64,000 nt of DNA, taken from contig NC_134027.1 of the NCBI RefSeq assembly GCF_964204645.1, positions 15,346,485-15,410,484 on the forward strand, written 5' to 3'. The position numbers and the translations under genes were made by a program. The notes beneath the pieces were generated by a model. It was not told the DNA's origin. It worked only from the letters and a program-made list of their open reading frames with translations, and searched no databases. Source of the stretch: Tubulanus polymorphus (taxonomy: Eukaryota > Animalia > Nemertea). Below are positions 25,539-35,387 of the stretch, piece by piece. Position 1 is the first letter of the stretch, and each line of letters opens with the position of its first letter.

Positions 25539-28500
25539 ATGATTGAATTAGAAAGTGATTTTACAAAATTATTAAACAAAAATAAAAGAATAGTTATGAC
25601 AAAAGAAGATGAAATTGATTTTAATTATGCAACTCATTGTTGTTATTGTGAAAAACGTTTTTATTCATTTGATAAAAGAGTTAGAGATCATGATCATTTG
25701 AATTCAAAATATCGTGGAGCTGCTCATGAAGATTGCAATTTACAAGCTAAGAAAGTTAATTTCGTACCAATATTATTTCATAATTTATCAGGCTATGATA
25801 CCCATCTATTTATAAAACAATTATCAGGAAAATTGGGCGCAATTAATCAAGAAATAGAAGAATATAATGCTATGAATGAAGCAAATGTAAGAAAATATGA
25901 TTTTAAACTATTAGCTAAAACATCTGAAAATTATATTTCATTTCAATTTGGTTGCATTAGATTTTTAGATTCTTATAGATTTCTAGCAAGTTCATTAGAT
26001 AATTTATCAAAAAGTTTAGTTGATAATGATTTTGTTATAACTCCATATTATTATCCAAATGAACAAGATTTTAAATTATTGAGATATAAAGGCGCAATTC
26101 CTTATTCATTTTATAAAACACACGATGATTTTAATGTAACAGAATTATTAAAAGATCAATTTTATGATAAATTAAAAGAGGAGTATGTGAAAGACGAAGT
26201 TTTTGATAGAACATTAAATATTTGGAACCATTTTAATATGAAAAATCATGGCGAATTAGTTGATTTATATTTAAAATCAGATGTTATGATATTAGCTGAC
26301 ATATTTGAAAAATTTAGAGAAGTTAATTTGAATCATTTTAATGTTGATCCTTGTTATTGCTACTCTAGTCCTGGTTTAACCTGGCAATGTGGTTTAAAAT
26401 ATACAAATGTAGAATTAGATTTATTAAAAGAACCAGATATGGTTTTATTATTTGAAAAATCAATTAGAGGTGGAATTAGTGGTGTTATGGGAGATAGGTA
26501 TTTTAAAGCAAATGATGAATATAAATTATTATATATTGACGCCAATAATTTATATGGTTGGGCAATGATGCAACCTCAACCATATAAAAATTTTATATTA
26601 ACAGAAGTTGAAAATGATGATAAAACTGATTGGGAAAGCGCAATTGCGAGTTTAAAAGATGAAGCACCAATTGGTTATTTCTTTGTAGTTGATTTAGAAT
26701 ATCCTGAAAATATAAAGTTTAAAACAAGAAACTTACCTTATTGCCCAGAACATTTAACTGTAGATGATAGTTATTTAAGTGAATACCAGAAGAAAGTAAA
26801 ACCGAAAGATCATGTTTTTACAGAAAAATTAATACTTACTCAAAATAATAAATACAATTATATTGTTCATTATAGAATGTTAAAATTTTATCTAAAACAA
26901 GGAATGAAATTAAAGAAAGTACATAGATATATTGAATTTAATCAATCAAAGTGGTTAGAAAAATATATAGATTTCAATACTCAACAGAGAACCATATCAA
27001 AAACAGATTTTGAAAAAGATTTCTTCAAATTAATGAACAATAGTTTTTATGGTAAAACATGTGAAAATATTAGAAATAGAAATGATATTGAATTAGTAAA
27101 TAATTCTGAACGATTGAGACACCTACAATCAAGTCCTAGACATTTAGGAAATAAAAGATTTGAAGATTATTTAACAGCAGTAAAATTAAAAAGAACGTCA
27201 ATGAAATTTAATAAACCCATTTTCATTGGTTCAACAGTTTTAGAAATATCAAAATTATTAATGTATGATTTTTATTACAATGTATTACAACCATTGTTTG
27301 GGGAAAAACATATAGAAATTCTGTACTTCGATTCTGTAACGGCCGACACCCCAATATTATTAAAATGTAATAATAAAATATTAGTAAGAAGAATTTCAGA
27401 AATAATTCCAAAACAAAATGAATGTTATATTTCATATGGAGAAAAAGAATTAATACAAATAAATGGTTTAATAGATGTTTGGACAAGAAATGGATGGAAA
27501 AAATTAAAGAATATTATTAGACATAAAACAAATAAGAAAATCTATAGAGTTAGAACTAAATTAGGGTTTGTAGATGTTACTGAAGACCACAGTTTAATTA
27601 AACAAAATGGTGATGAAATAAAACCAACTGATATAAAAATTGGAGATGAATTATTACATAAAAGATTTTTCCCAAGAATGAATCATATGTCATTTGATGA
27701 AATAATTAATAATATTTATAATATAGAACCTGAAACATTGGAAGAAAAAGAATATTTTATCAAAGGATTTTTCATGGGTGATGGTTCAGCAGGTGTGTAT
27801 AAATATGTTTGGGGTAATAAATATTGTTGGTATTTATGCAATCAAGACTTAAAATTATTAGAAAGAATTAAGAAATTCTGTGAAGAAGTTTATTCACATA
27901 AAACATTTAGAATCATGGATGTTATGAAATCATCAGCAGTTTATAGAATACTTGTAAATAATCCTAAAGATTTTGCTATAGAATATAATGATGAATTCTA
28001 TATTCATGCAATAGTGAAAAGTAATACTTCAACTAAAGAAAAAATAGTACCAGATTATATATTAAATTCAGAATATAATCTTAGAAAATGGTTCTTCATT
28101 GGGTTCTACGCAGCCGATGGTACTAAAAAATTTATAAAGGATAAAACGATAACCTTTGCACAGAAAGGAAAATGTGCAATAAGTGGGTTAAATGTGTTAT
28201 GCAGTTCATTAGGCTTCAATATGAATATTGGATTGATTAAATCTAAACCAAATTGCTTTAATTTAAGGCATGTAGAAAAAGATTTAACTGAAGAAGTTAA
28301 AGATTTATTTGAAATATATAACCCAACTGACTATGTTTATGATTTATCAACAGATGATGGAACATTCAATTCTGGGTTCCCATTAATCCAAAAAAATACG
28401 GATGCGTACATACTAAAAATCAAGACAAATGACATAACAAAAGACTTAAAAACATTAAAACATCATTTTGATTTTAGCAATTATCCTAAAGATCATGAAC

Positions 28501-28853
28501 TATTTAGCAATGATAATAAAAAGATTCCTGGTAAATTTAAAGATGAATTAGGAGGTGATGAAATGATTGAATTTGTTGGGATAAGAAGTAAAATGTATAG
28601 TTACAGAACAAAAGATCATGAAGCTAAAAAGTTAAAAGGAATAACAAAACATGTGGTTGATAAACATATAGAATTTCAAGATTATATAAAGTGTTTATAT
28701 AAATCAATTGTAATGAAACACAAGATGAATTGTTTAAGATCAGAAAATCATGAGATGTACATTAATGAAGTTGAAAAAACTAGTTTAAATCCATTTGATG
28801 ATAAAAGGCATATTTCAGATGATGGTATAAAAACATTACCTTATGGTTATTAA
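25539..28853 (+). CDS. polB: Protein-primed DNA polymerase B, C-terminal part (endonuclease VII/HNH, Exo II/III, polymerase core) containing an intein
   Basis: CCYC...VRDHDHL...RGAAHEDCNL, FHNLSGYD, FLDS, YIDANNLYGWAM (motif A), KLMNNSFYGK (motif B), YFD|TD (motif C split by intein), GKFKDE, RSKMY, KLKGI. Confidence 0.95.
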   Translation: MIELESDFTKLLNKNKRIVMTKEDEIDFNYATHCCYCEKRFYSFDKRVRDHDHLNSKYRGAAHEDCNLQAKKVNFVPILFHNLSGYDTHLFIKQLSGKLGAINQEIEEYNAMNEANVRKYDFKLLAKTSENYISFQFGCIRFLDSYRFLASSLDNLSKSLVDNDFVITPYYYPNEQDFKLLRYKGAIPYSFYKTHDDFNVTELLKDQFYDKLKEEYVKDEVFDRTLNIWNHFNMKNHGELVDLYLKSDVMILADIFEKFREVNLNHFNVDPCYCYSSPGLTWQCGLKYTNVELDLLKEPDMVLLFEKSIRGGISGVMGDRYFKANDEYKLLYIDANNLYGWAMMQPQPYKNFILTEVENDDKTDWESAIASLKDEAPIGYFFVVDLEYPENIKFKTRNLPYCPEHLTVDDSYLSEYQKKVKPKDHVFTEKLILTQNNKYNYIVHYRMLKFYLKQGMKLKKVHRYIEFNQSKWLEKYIDFNTQQRTISKTDFEKDFFKLMNNSFYGKTCENIRNRNDIELVNNSERLRHLQSSPRHLGNKRFEDYLTAVKLKRTSMKFNKPIFIGSTVLEISKLLMYDFYYNVLQPLFGEKHIEILYFDSVTADTPILLKCNNKILVRRISEIIPKQNECYISYGEKELIQINGLIDVWTRNGWKKLKNIIRHKTNKKIYRVRTKLGFVDVTEDHSLIKQNGDEIKPTDIKIGDELLHKRFFPRMNHMSFDEIINNIYNIEPETLEEKEYFIKGFFMGDGSAGVYKYVWGNKYCWYLCNQDLKLLERIKKFCEEVYSHKTFRIMDVMKSSAVYRILVNNPKDFAIEYNDEFYIHAIVKSNTSTKEKIVPDYILNSEYNLRKWFFIGFYAADGTKKFIKDKTITFAQKGKCAISGLNVLCSSLGFNMNIGLIKSKPNCFNLRHVEKDLTEEVKDLFEIYNPTDYVYDLSTDDGTFNSGFPLIQKNTDAYILKIKTNDITKDLKTLKHHFDFSNYPKDHELFSNDNKKIPGKFKDELGGDEMIEFVGIRSKMYSYRTKDHEAKKLKGITKHVVDKHIEFQDYIKCLYKSIVMKHKMNCLRSENHEMYINEVEKTSLNPFDDKRHISDDGIKTLPYGY
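27333..28397 (+). other. Intein (355 aa) with LAGLIDADG homing endonuclease at pPolB motif C
   Basis: N-extein LYFD | SVTADTPILLK (block A) ... VDVTEDHSL (block B TxxH) ... FIKGFFMGDGS and FFIGFYAADGT (LAGLIDADG blocks C/E) ... YVYDLST (block F) ... IQKN (block G) | TDAY C-extein with +1 Thr. Confidence 0.95.
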
Positions 28854-30148
28854 AATGGATCTATATCATCAAACTCGAAATCACTATTGGCTTCTTCATT
28901 TTCATTTAATTGTTCAGGTTCTTCTTCCATTCCATTTTTCTCATTTAAATAAAGTTCTATCTTGTTCCACATTTCATCTCGCTCTCTTTGTTTCTTTTTG
29001 TTTGTTAATTCATCAAATGGAATTATAATATCTAGGTTTAAATAATTTACAATCTTATTTAAAAAGAATTCATAATTTATTGAATCTGTTATTCTATTTT
29101 CCAAATGATACATTAATATTTGTTTAAATATTTTTTTTATATTTTCCATATCTTCTTCTGTTAATTTAGGTTTTTCATAATAATCGTTAAATAATAAATA
29201 TAAATACATTTTCTTTTGTTTTGTGTTAAATGTTGGTGGAATAATTGTTTTTATAATATCTTTTTTAGTTATTTCACCATTTTTATTTTCTATTATTTTT
29301 ATTTTTTCAAGCCATTGCATATATTCTGGTGTATGATCTTCTATAGAAAATATTTTAAAAATTTCATCTAGATAATTTAATTTTGGTTCTATGAGAAAAT
29401 CTCTATTTTTTTCTTCACCCCATAAATTCTTTTGCCATCCACATTCAACACAAAATAACACAGTACCTTCTTGCCTTAAGGTCGCATAACTACATTGTGG
29501 GCATTTTTGTTTATAATTTCTTGGTAATAGATCTTCATTAAGCTCTTGGTATTTTCTTACGTTTTCTTTATGTTTTATTGTTCTATTATGTAGATTTGAA
29601 TTACTTGTTGTAATAATCAATTTACAATATTTACAATAATATGTTTTTCTTGTTAATTCATTATATTGTTTTTCTAACTTTTCAACTGTTTCTTTATTAT
29701 CTGGTAACGTTTTCTCATATTTTATTTTTTCTAATAAATTATTTTTTCTTTCATTGAATTCAGTTTCAAATTTATTAGAAATTTTATCTATATGTGCTTT
29801 ACGAAATTGATGATTCTCCCAATCTTCTATATTTTCAGGGCTATATTTTACTTGACAAGGCTCACAGAAATGATCTTTTATATTATCCTTATCATAGAAT
29901 AAGAAAGGTCTTTTCCAAATAACTTCAGGTTCAACTTCAGCAGAATTACTATCAACATTAGCTGTTGCGCCATTAATTCTACACTTCTCTGAATGTTTTT
30001 TAACATAATTTCTTGAGAATAATTTATTACATTTTGGACAGTTTATTTTAGGGGGTTTATAATTTTCATCATGTTTTTTCATATGTCGAGCCATATTACT
30101 TTTTCTTAGAAGTTCACCACAAATTTCGCATGCTATCTTCTCATCCAT
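28850..30148 (-). CDS. Multi-zinc-finger protein with C-terminal VLTF3 (poxvirus A2-like late transcription factor)-like domain
   Basis: N-terminal C2H2/C2HC fingers, then CPQC-x13-CVECG ribbon, then PKLTEE...IFKQI...SINYEFFLNKIVNYL...KKKQRERDEMWNKI, matching the remembered NCLDV VLTF3 pattern F.QI...NFLSYSYVL.K...L...K....W.KI. Confidence 0.65.
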   Translation of the reverse strand: MDEKIACEICGELLRKSNMARHMKKHDENYKPPKINCPKCNKLFSRNYVKKHSEKCRINGATANVDSNSAEVEPEVIWKRPFLFYDKDNIKDHFCEPCQVKYSPENIEDWENHQFRKAHIDKISNKFETEFNERKNNLLEKIKYEKTLPDNKETVEKLEKQYNELTRKTYYCKYCKLIITTSNSNLHNRTIKHKENVRKYQELNEDLLPRNYKQKCPQCSYATLRQEGTVLFCVECGWQKNLWGEEKNRDFLIEPKLNYLDEIFKIFSIEDHTPEYMQWLEKIKIIENKNGEITKKDIIKTIIPPTFNTKQKKMYLYLLFNDYYEKPKLTEEDMENIKKIFKQILMYHLENRITDSINYEFFLNKIVNYLNLDIIIPFDELTNKKKQRERDEMWNKIELYLNEKNGMEEEPEQLNENEEANSDFEFDDIDPF

Positions 30149-30217
30149 TTATTAAGGAAAAATTTTATTAAAATTAATTTTTAGTGATGAGCGGTAATTT
30201 TTTTTATGTTATAAATA

Positions 30218-30979
30218 ATGGTAGAATTAAAAGAATACAGAATATTTGTTGATTCTAGAAAACTTACAAATTATAAATCTCATAATTTACTAGTACAATT
30301 AGATAGAGAATTTAAGAATTGTGTAGATTTAAAATTAGTTAATATAAGTTTATGTAATTCTTTTTACAATGTATCGGATAAGTCTATTGAACATAGAATC
30401 TTTTTAATTAATATTAGAAATAAAAATGAATGGGTCTATATATATTTAAAACCAGGGTTATATAATTTAGATACATTAGCACAAGAAATTAATAGAAAAG
30501 CCTGGCACAAATTAGGTAGTAGTTCTGGGTTTAGTATTAGATTTTTAAAAAGTGAGAGTTCTGATAGAATAAAGATAAGGTTGTCTAATAGTGAAAAACA
30601 TAAAATTATGGTAAAAAAACCTATAGCTAAACTGTTAGGAATTCTTCCAGATAGATCTTTTACAAATATTGACGCTACTACACCAAACTTAATACCTTAC
30701 ACACATTTTTATATTTATTGCAATTTAATCGATCCTACAAAAACATTCGAAGCAACTAAAGATATAACTTGTAATTCTGGTTTACTAAACATTTTACCAT
30801 TGAAGAATGTTAAAGAATTTGGAACGCAAATAAATTATAATTTAACAGAATGTGATTTCAAACCATGCATTCCTAGTTTTAATAATTTTAGATTAGAAAT
30901 AAGAAATCATAATGGATACTTAATTGATTTGAATAACTTTCCTGTAATTTATGAATTAGTTATAAGATGTAAAGAGTAA
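30218..30979 (+). CDS. Putative minor capsid (penton, single jelly-roll) protein
   Basis: IFVDSR, L..ISL.NSFYNVS, LKPGLYNL, FYIYCNLID, LEIRNHNGYLIDLNN.PV.YEL motifs typical of Polinton minor capsid proteins. Confidence 0.75.
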   Translation: MVELKEYRIFVDSRKLTNYKSHNLLVQLDREFKNCVDLKLVNISLCNSFYNVSDKSIEHRIFLINIRNKNEWVYIYLKPGLYNLDTLAQEINRKAWHKLGSSSGFSIRFLKSESSDRIKIRLSNSEKHKIMVKKPIAKLLGILPDRSFTNIDATTPNLIPYTHFYIYCNLIDPTKTFEATKDITCNSGLLNILPLKNVKEFGTQINYNLTECDFKPCIPSFNNFRLEIRNHNGYLIDLNNFPVIYELVIRCKE

Positions 30980-30996
30980 TTTTTCTCACTATATAA

Positions 30997-31338
30997 ATGA
31001 ATATAACTGTTGGACCGAGTATATGTTTTGGGTTTGATTTTAAACATGGTAAAGAAATGAGAATTAAACTAAATGATGTAATTACTGATATAAAAAGTAA
31101 ATCATTTAACAATGCATCAATGATTGATAAAGAAAAGTATAATATAGAAAAAGTAATTGATTTAATTAAATCACCTTTAGAATATTATGGATTAAATGAA
31201 GATGGAATTATTGAAGATATTAAAAACATATTATCCAAAATATATGATAATCATAAAACTAGTAATGAAATAAATGTTGAATTAATCATAAATAAGTTAA
31301 CTAAATATTTTGAAGATAGTAATTTTTTTGATAAATAA
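30997..31338 (+). CDS. Hypothetical Polinton protein (113 aa)
   Basis: ORF in the packed gene array with TAAATG start. Confidence 0.7.
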   Translation: MNITVGPSICFGFDFKHGKEMRIKLNDVITDIKSKSFNNASMIDKEKYNIEKVIDLIKSPLEYYGLNEDGIIEDIKNILSKIYDNHKTSNEINVELIINKLTKYFEDSNFFDK

Positions 31339-31560
31339 ATGAGTGATAATAAGTGGATAATAACTGGATTATATAATGGCGCATTACTATCAGTTGGAAC
31401 TGTTGGTTATTCAATGGTATTAAAAAAAGTATTCAAAATGGGAAGTGTTAATGTTGATAGATTTGATATAAATGATATTTTGAAATTAACGTTAGCAGTT
31501 ACTTTATCTAATTTAACTATTGATTATTTGGAAAAACAAAAATATATTCCTCCCATATAA
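31339..31560 (+). CDS. Small hydrophobic protein (73 aa)
   Basis: Two hydrophobic segments; TAAATG start abuts the previous stop. Confidence 0.7.
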   Translation: MSDNKWIITGLYNGALLSVGTVGYSMVLKKVFKMGSVNVDRFDINDILKLTLAVTLSNLTIDYLEKQKYIPPI

Positions 31561-31584
31561 ATGCATAATTTTTTTGCTAAATAA

Positions 31585-32007
31585 ATGGCTTCTGCAATTA
31601 TAACTATTATAGGATCGGCAATTGTTAACGCTTTAGCATTTACTGGTGGTGGTTATTTATTTAAACATATTGATAAAAATAGTTCATTAGGAGAACAAAG
31701 AAGACATAACTTAGCGTTAGAGAAATACAATAAAGCAGCGGAAGAATATAGAGAAAAGAGGCAAAACTATATGGATTACATCAATAAAGAATTATATGAT
31801 CAGAAGATTTCACATAGAGATTTTCAATCAGTTGATGATGCAATGAGTTTATATAACGCAGTAACAAATAAAGAAAAATTACATCTATACAAACCTAAAT
31901 TATCAGATTATTATACCCCAAGTAAAGAACAACAGAAATATGAAATAATATGGATTTTAGGTGGAACTGTTATTGTTATATTTGTTGCTTATAAGTTTAC
32001 TAATTAG
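31585..32007 (+). CDS. Membrane protein (140 aa; N- and C-terminal hydrophobic helices, central coiled coil)
   Basis: MASAIITIIGSAIVNALAFTGGGYLF ... IIWILGGTVIVIFVAY. Confidence 0.75.
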   Translation: MASAIITIIGSAIVNALAFTGGGYLFKHIDKNSSLGEQRRHNLALEKYNKAAEEYREKRQNYMDYINKELYDQKISHRDFQSVDDAMSLYNAVTNKEKLHLYKPKLSDYYTPSKEQQKYEIIWILGGTVIVIFVAYKFTN

Positions 32008-32026
32008 TAATTTTTATTCTAAATAA

Positions 32027-32461
32027 ATGGAAGATAAAGTTGATAATATTGATATTATTCCTCATGATATAAATAAAACTAAATTAAAAACATATTTAGA
32101 AAAACAAATATTAGAATTTGAAAGTGACTTAAAGATAAAAAAGAAAAAATATTTAAAAAGTAAAATTATATATTATTTGATTATAAGTGGTTCGGTTACA
32201 ATTAGTTCTGTAATAACATTTTTAGCAATATTCAGTCCATTAACACCTTTAGCTATATCAATTGGTGTATTAGGATTAAGTTCAAGTGTTTTAACTGGTA
32301 TAAGTTCAAAATTAAATATAAAAAGTAATAAAGAAAAAATTAAAACTAATATAAAAGAAATTAATAAATTAAAGAACACACTAGATTATATAATAAGTTT
32401 AAATGGTCATATAACAGTTGAAGAACAAGATAAATTATTAAAAGAATTAATAAATTATTAA
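32027..32461 (+). CDS. Two-TM coiled-coil protein (144 aa)
   Basis: Hydrophobic hairpin IIYYLIISGSVTISSVITFLAIF / LAISIGVLGLSSSVLTGI flanked by Lys-rich helices. Confidence 0.75.
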   Translation: MEDKVDNIDIIPHDINKTKLKTYLEKQILEFESDLKIKKKKYLKSKIIYYLIISGSVTISSVITFLAIFSPLTPLAISIGVLGLSSSVLTGISSKLNIKSNKEKIKTNIKEINKLKNTLDYIISLNGHITVEEQDKLLKELINY

Positions 32462-32477
32462 TTTTTTAATTATATAA

Positions 32478-33866
32478 ATGGTAGATAGTTTTCCAAAAGC
32501 TTTCCGATATAATAAATCAATTAAATATAATATTCCAGCAATAGATTTTAATAAAGATATTACATATAGAAATGAAGTTTTAGATTCATTAATTGATTTA
32601 TATATTTATGTTACTGAAACTAATAATTTTAATGCAAAGATGGAAAATATATTTCATATATATTTAATTAATTTTAAAAAATTGAAAGATGAAAAACAAT
32701 GGTTATTAAAATCTAATATGAAGTATTGGCAGAATCAATTAAATTTTGCTGTTTATTGTGCAACAACAGGATGTGGAATTAGTTGGAATGATCATTTGAA
32801 TAATTCTAAATATAAACTAATTCAAAGTTTATTTAGATTTCATACATACTTTCAAATCAGAATGATATTAAATGAATTAGAGTGCGCTTTACCAGGATCT
32901 AGGTATTTCAAAGAATTAGATAATAATATTAATTTATCAAAGTTTTATAAGATTTGTAATGAATTTAATATAGATATAAATAATTCTGATTTTAGAACAA
33001 AAATTGGAACAATAAGATCACTTCCATGCCCTAAAAAGATTGCAGAATATTGTGCACTTCCCATACCATCTAATAGTTTTTATAATATCTATAATAATAA
33101 ATTAGGTTATGGTAAAATAGAAACAAAAGATTTAGAAACATTAAATTTCAATAAATTACCGAAATTTTATGATCATTTAAAACAAGAAAACAATAATGGT
33201 TGGGTATATTTTATTTTAGAGAATAGTGAAGGTTTTACTAAATCAGGTATAGAAAGAATAAATCAATCTATTAGAACTTATTTGATTTGTATTTTAGGTG
33301 CGCAAGTTGAAACAAGATCACCGATAATTGGAAATTTGAATACATCATTCGATACACAAAAACAATTTAAAGTTTTATTTGAAGATTCAATTCATAATGA
33401 TAAAAATAGATCTATTCCAGAAAACATTATAAGATATCAAAATTATTTAGATAAATCTCATGTAAGACTTAATTATTGTATAGGCCCTAATCTATTAATT
33501 ATTTCTAATGATTTAGTATTGAAGATGGGAAATATAATTGGTTATAATAATCTAATTAAAACTGCAACAATAAATAATTCATTTGGATTGAATGATATAA
33601 ATAAAAAGATTATTACTGCTCCAAAATTAATGGAGGGTGAAAAAAATAAAAAACACATTCAATCAACAGAAACTAAAACTAATAATATTAAATTGGTTAA
33701 TGATTCCAAAATAAAAGATTACAATACATCAGAAAATATAAAAACTGATAATATTCAACATGATATAATTAAACTAAATGATGATAATAAATCCCATGAA
33801 AATACTAAATTAGCTATAACTTGTATAGGAATTGTAATCGGAGGAATATTATATTTTAAATTTTAA
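32478..33866 (+). CDS. Conserved Polinton protein of unknown function with C-terminal TM anchor (462 aa)
   Basis: Long ORF, WQNQLNFAVYCATTGCGISW motif, C-terminal LAITCIGIVIGGILYF; homologous relic at 1-2684. Confidence 0.8.
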   Translation: MVDSFPKAFRYNKSIKYNIPAIDFNKDITYRNEVLDSLIDLYIYVTETNNFNAKMENIFHIYLINFKKLKDEKQWLLKSNMKYWQNQLNFAVYCATTGCGISWNDHLNNSKYKLIQSLFRFHTYFQIRMILNELECALPGSRYFKELDNNINLSKFYKICNEFNIDINNSDFRTKIGTIRSLPCPKKIAEYCALPIPSNSFYNIYNNKLGYGKIETKDLETLNFNKLPKFYDHLKQENNNGWVYFILENSEGFTKSGIERINQSIRTYLICILGAQVETRSPIIGNLNTSFDTQKQFKVLFEDSIHNDKNRSIPENIIRYQNYLDKSHVRLNYCIGPNLLIISNDLVLKMGNIIGYNNLIKTATINNSFGLNDINKKIITAPKLMEGEKNKKHIQSTETKTNNIKLVNDSKIKDYNTSENIKTDNIQHDIIKLNDDNKSHENTKLAITCIGIVIGGILYFKF

Positions 33867-33882
33867 TTTTTTTATTATGTAA

Positions 33883-35346
33883 ATGGATGTAGAAGGTGGA
33901 GAAGATTATGAAATGGGAGAAATGGGAAATAATAATGAAGGATATATTGATGATGAACCACAACCTGATTTTAATGAAACTAATATTGATAATGATGATG
34001 AATCAGCATATAATTCTAATTTAGCAGATAGTGGTTCTAAAGGTCAATCAACAGATGAATTTGATAGAAGAACTAGATCGAGAATAAATCCTGAAAATGA
34101 AAATCCAGATTTAGTAAAACAAAATTTAGAATATAATGAATATATTTATAATTTCAAACCTATATTTGAAAAATCTGGATATAATATCAATACCAGAGGC
34201 GCTAGACTTTTAGTACAAGAATTAAAGTTTTTAGATGGTGAATATTATTATCGTTTGAAAGATGATTATTATATTGATATCTCTTATAAAAAACAAGAAA
34301 AAATATTAGCAGAATCAACTTTGCTTAAGTTAGACCTATCTAGAATTAAAAGAATAAGAAATAGTAATGAACCAGAAGATGTAACACAAGAAGAAATTAT
34401 TAAAAATGAAAGAGTATTTAAACAAAGAATTAATGAATTATTTGAAACAATCGATAATAATTTAGAAACAGAAACAACTTCTGAACAGAATATAACTTCC
34501 AAAACTAGTAAACTTAAATCAAATAAAGTTCAAATTGAAAAACTTTTACCGAATGGGTTACTTGATGCAACAGATCAAGAATTAGAAGATTTAGATATAT
34601 TTTCTGATAAAGCAATTAGAGAAATTATTAGTATAAGACTTGCATCTGATAAAATTGCGCATGATAAAAGTATAAGAGATTTTAAAATTAGAACTTTAGA
34701 AAAAGAAAGAACTGATAAAAATAAAGAAATAGAACAATTAAAATTAGATAGAGATAATAAAGTTATTGAAGAAATTGAATTTAAAAACAGAAATGCATAT
34801 TTAGAAAAAGAAATTGATGATTTAGAATATAACATAGAATTACAAAAAGAAGAAATTAAATTATTATTAAAATCATATGATTATAATATAAATAGATTAA
34901 AAGTTATTTTTAAAGATTTGTTGATAAAACCAAATTCTGAAATATCATTGAAAGACAGAATAAAATTATTATTTAAACTAGAAGGTATAACAATTCTTTC
35001 AATTCTAACAACTCTAACTATGGTATTTACAACAATAGGTTTAGCAATATCAAATGCTTTGAAATCTACTCCTACTCCAAATAAACCAGATAAACCTCCA
35101 GGTAATAATTCTATACAAGATAAAGTTAAAGATGGTTTAAAGAAATTAGCAAAATATTTATGGGAACTATCTAAAAAATCTGCTGCAGCTTTACCAGGAG
35201 TTATTGCTTCAATTGTTGGTTTTATATTGAAATCTGCAGGAAACATTATTAACTTTGCTGCTGAACATATTATTTTATTTTTAATTACGGTTGTAAGTGC
35301 TATTATTTTTGGGTTAGTGAATATGATATCAAAAAATATCAAGTAA
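33883..35346 (+). CDS. Acidic/coiled-coil protein with C-terminal TM segments (487 aa)
   Basis: Acidic N-terminus, heptad-rich middle, three hydrophobic segments at the C-terminus; homologous relic at 2700-4125. Confidence 0.8.
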   Translation: MDVEGGEDYEMGEMGNNNEGYIDDEPQPDFNETNIDNDDESAYNSNLADSGSKGQSTDEFDRRTRSRINPENENPDLVKQNLEYNEYIYNFKPIFEKSGYNINTRGARLLVQELKFLDGEYYYRLKDDYYIDISYKKQEKILAESTLLKLDLSRIKRIRNSNEPEDVTQEEIIKNERVFKQRINELFETIDNNLETETTSEQNITSKTSKLKSNKVQIEKLLPNGLLDATDQELEDLDIFSDKAIREIISIRLASDKIAHDKSIRDFKIRTLEKERTDKNKEIEQLKLDRDNKVIEEIEFKNRNAYLEKEIDDLEYNIELQKEEIKLLLKSYDYNINRLKVIFKDLLIKPNSEISLKDRIKLLFKLEGITILSILTTLTMVFTTIGLAISNALKSTPTPNKPDKPPGNNSIQDKVKDGLKKLAKYLWELSKKSAAALPGVIASIVGFILKSAGNIINFAAEHIILFLITVVSAIIFGLVNMISKNIK

Positions 35347-35387
35347 ACCATGATAAAAAATAAATAATTAATTTTTTTGTTAAATAA

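Noticed and set aside
34284-35351. Antisense ORFs within Polinton genes (also 26360, 27223, 32173, 39276)
   Set aside because: Shadow frames of AT-rich sense genes, lacking the TAAATG context.
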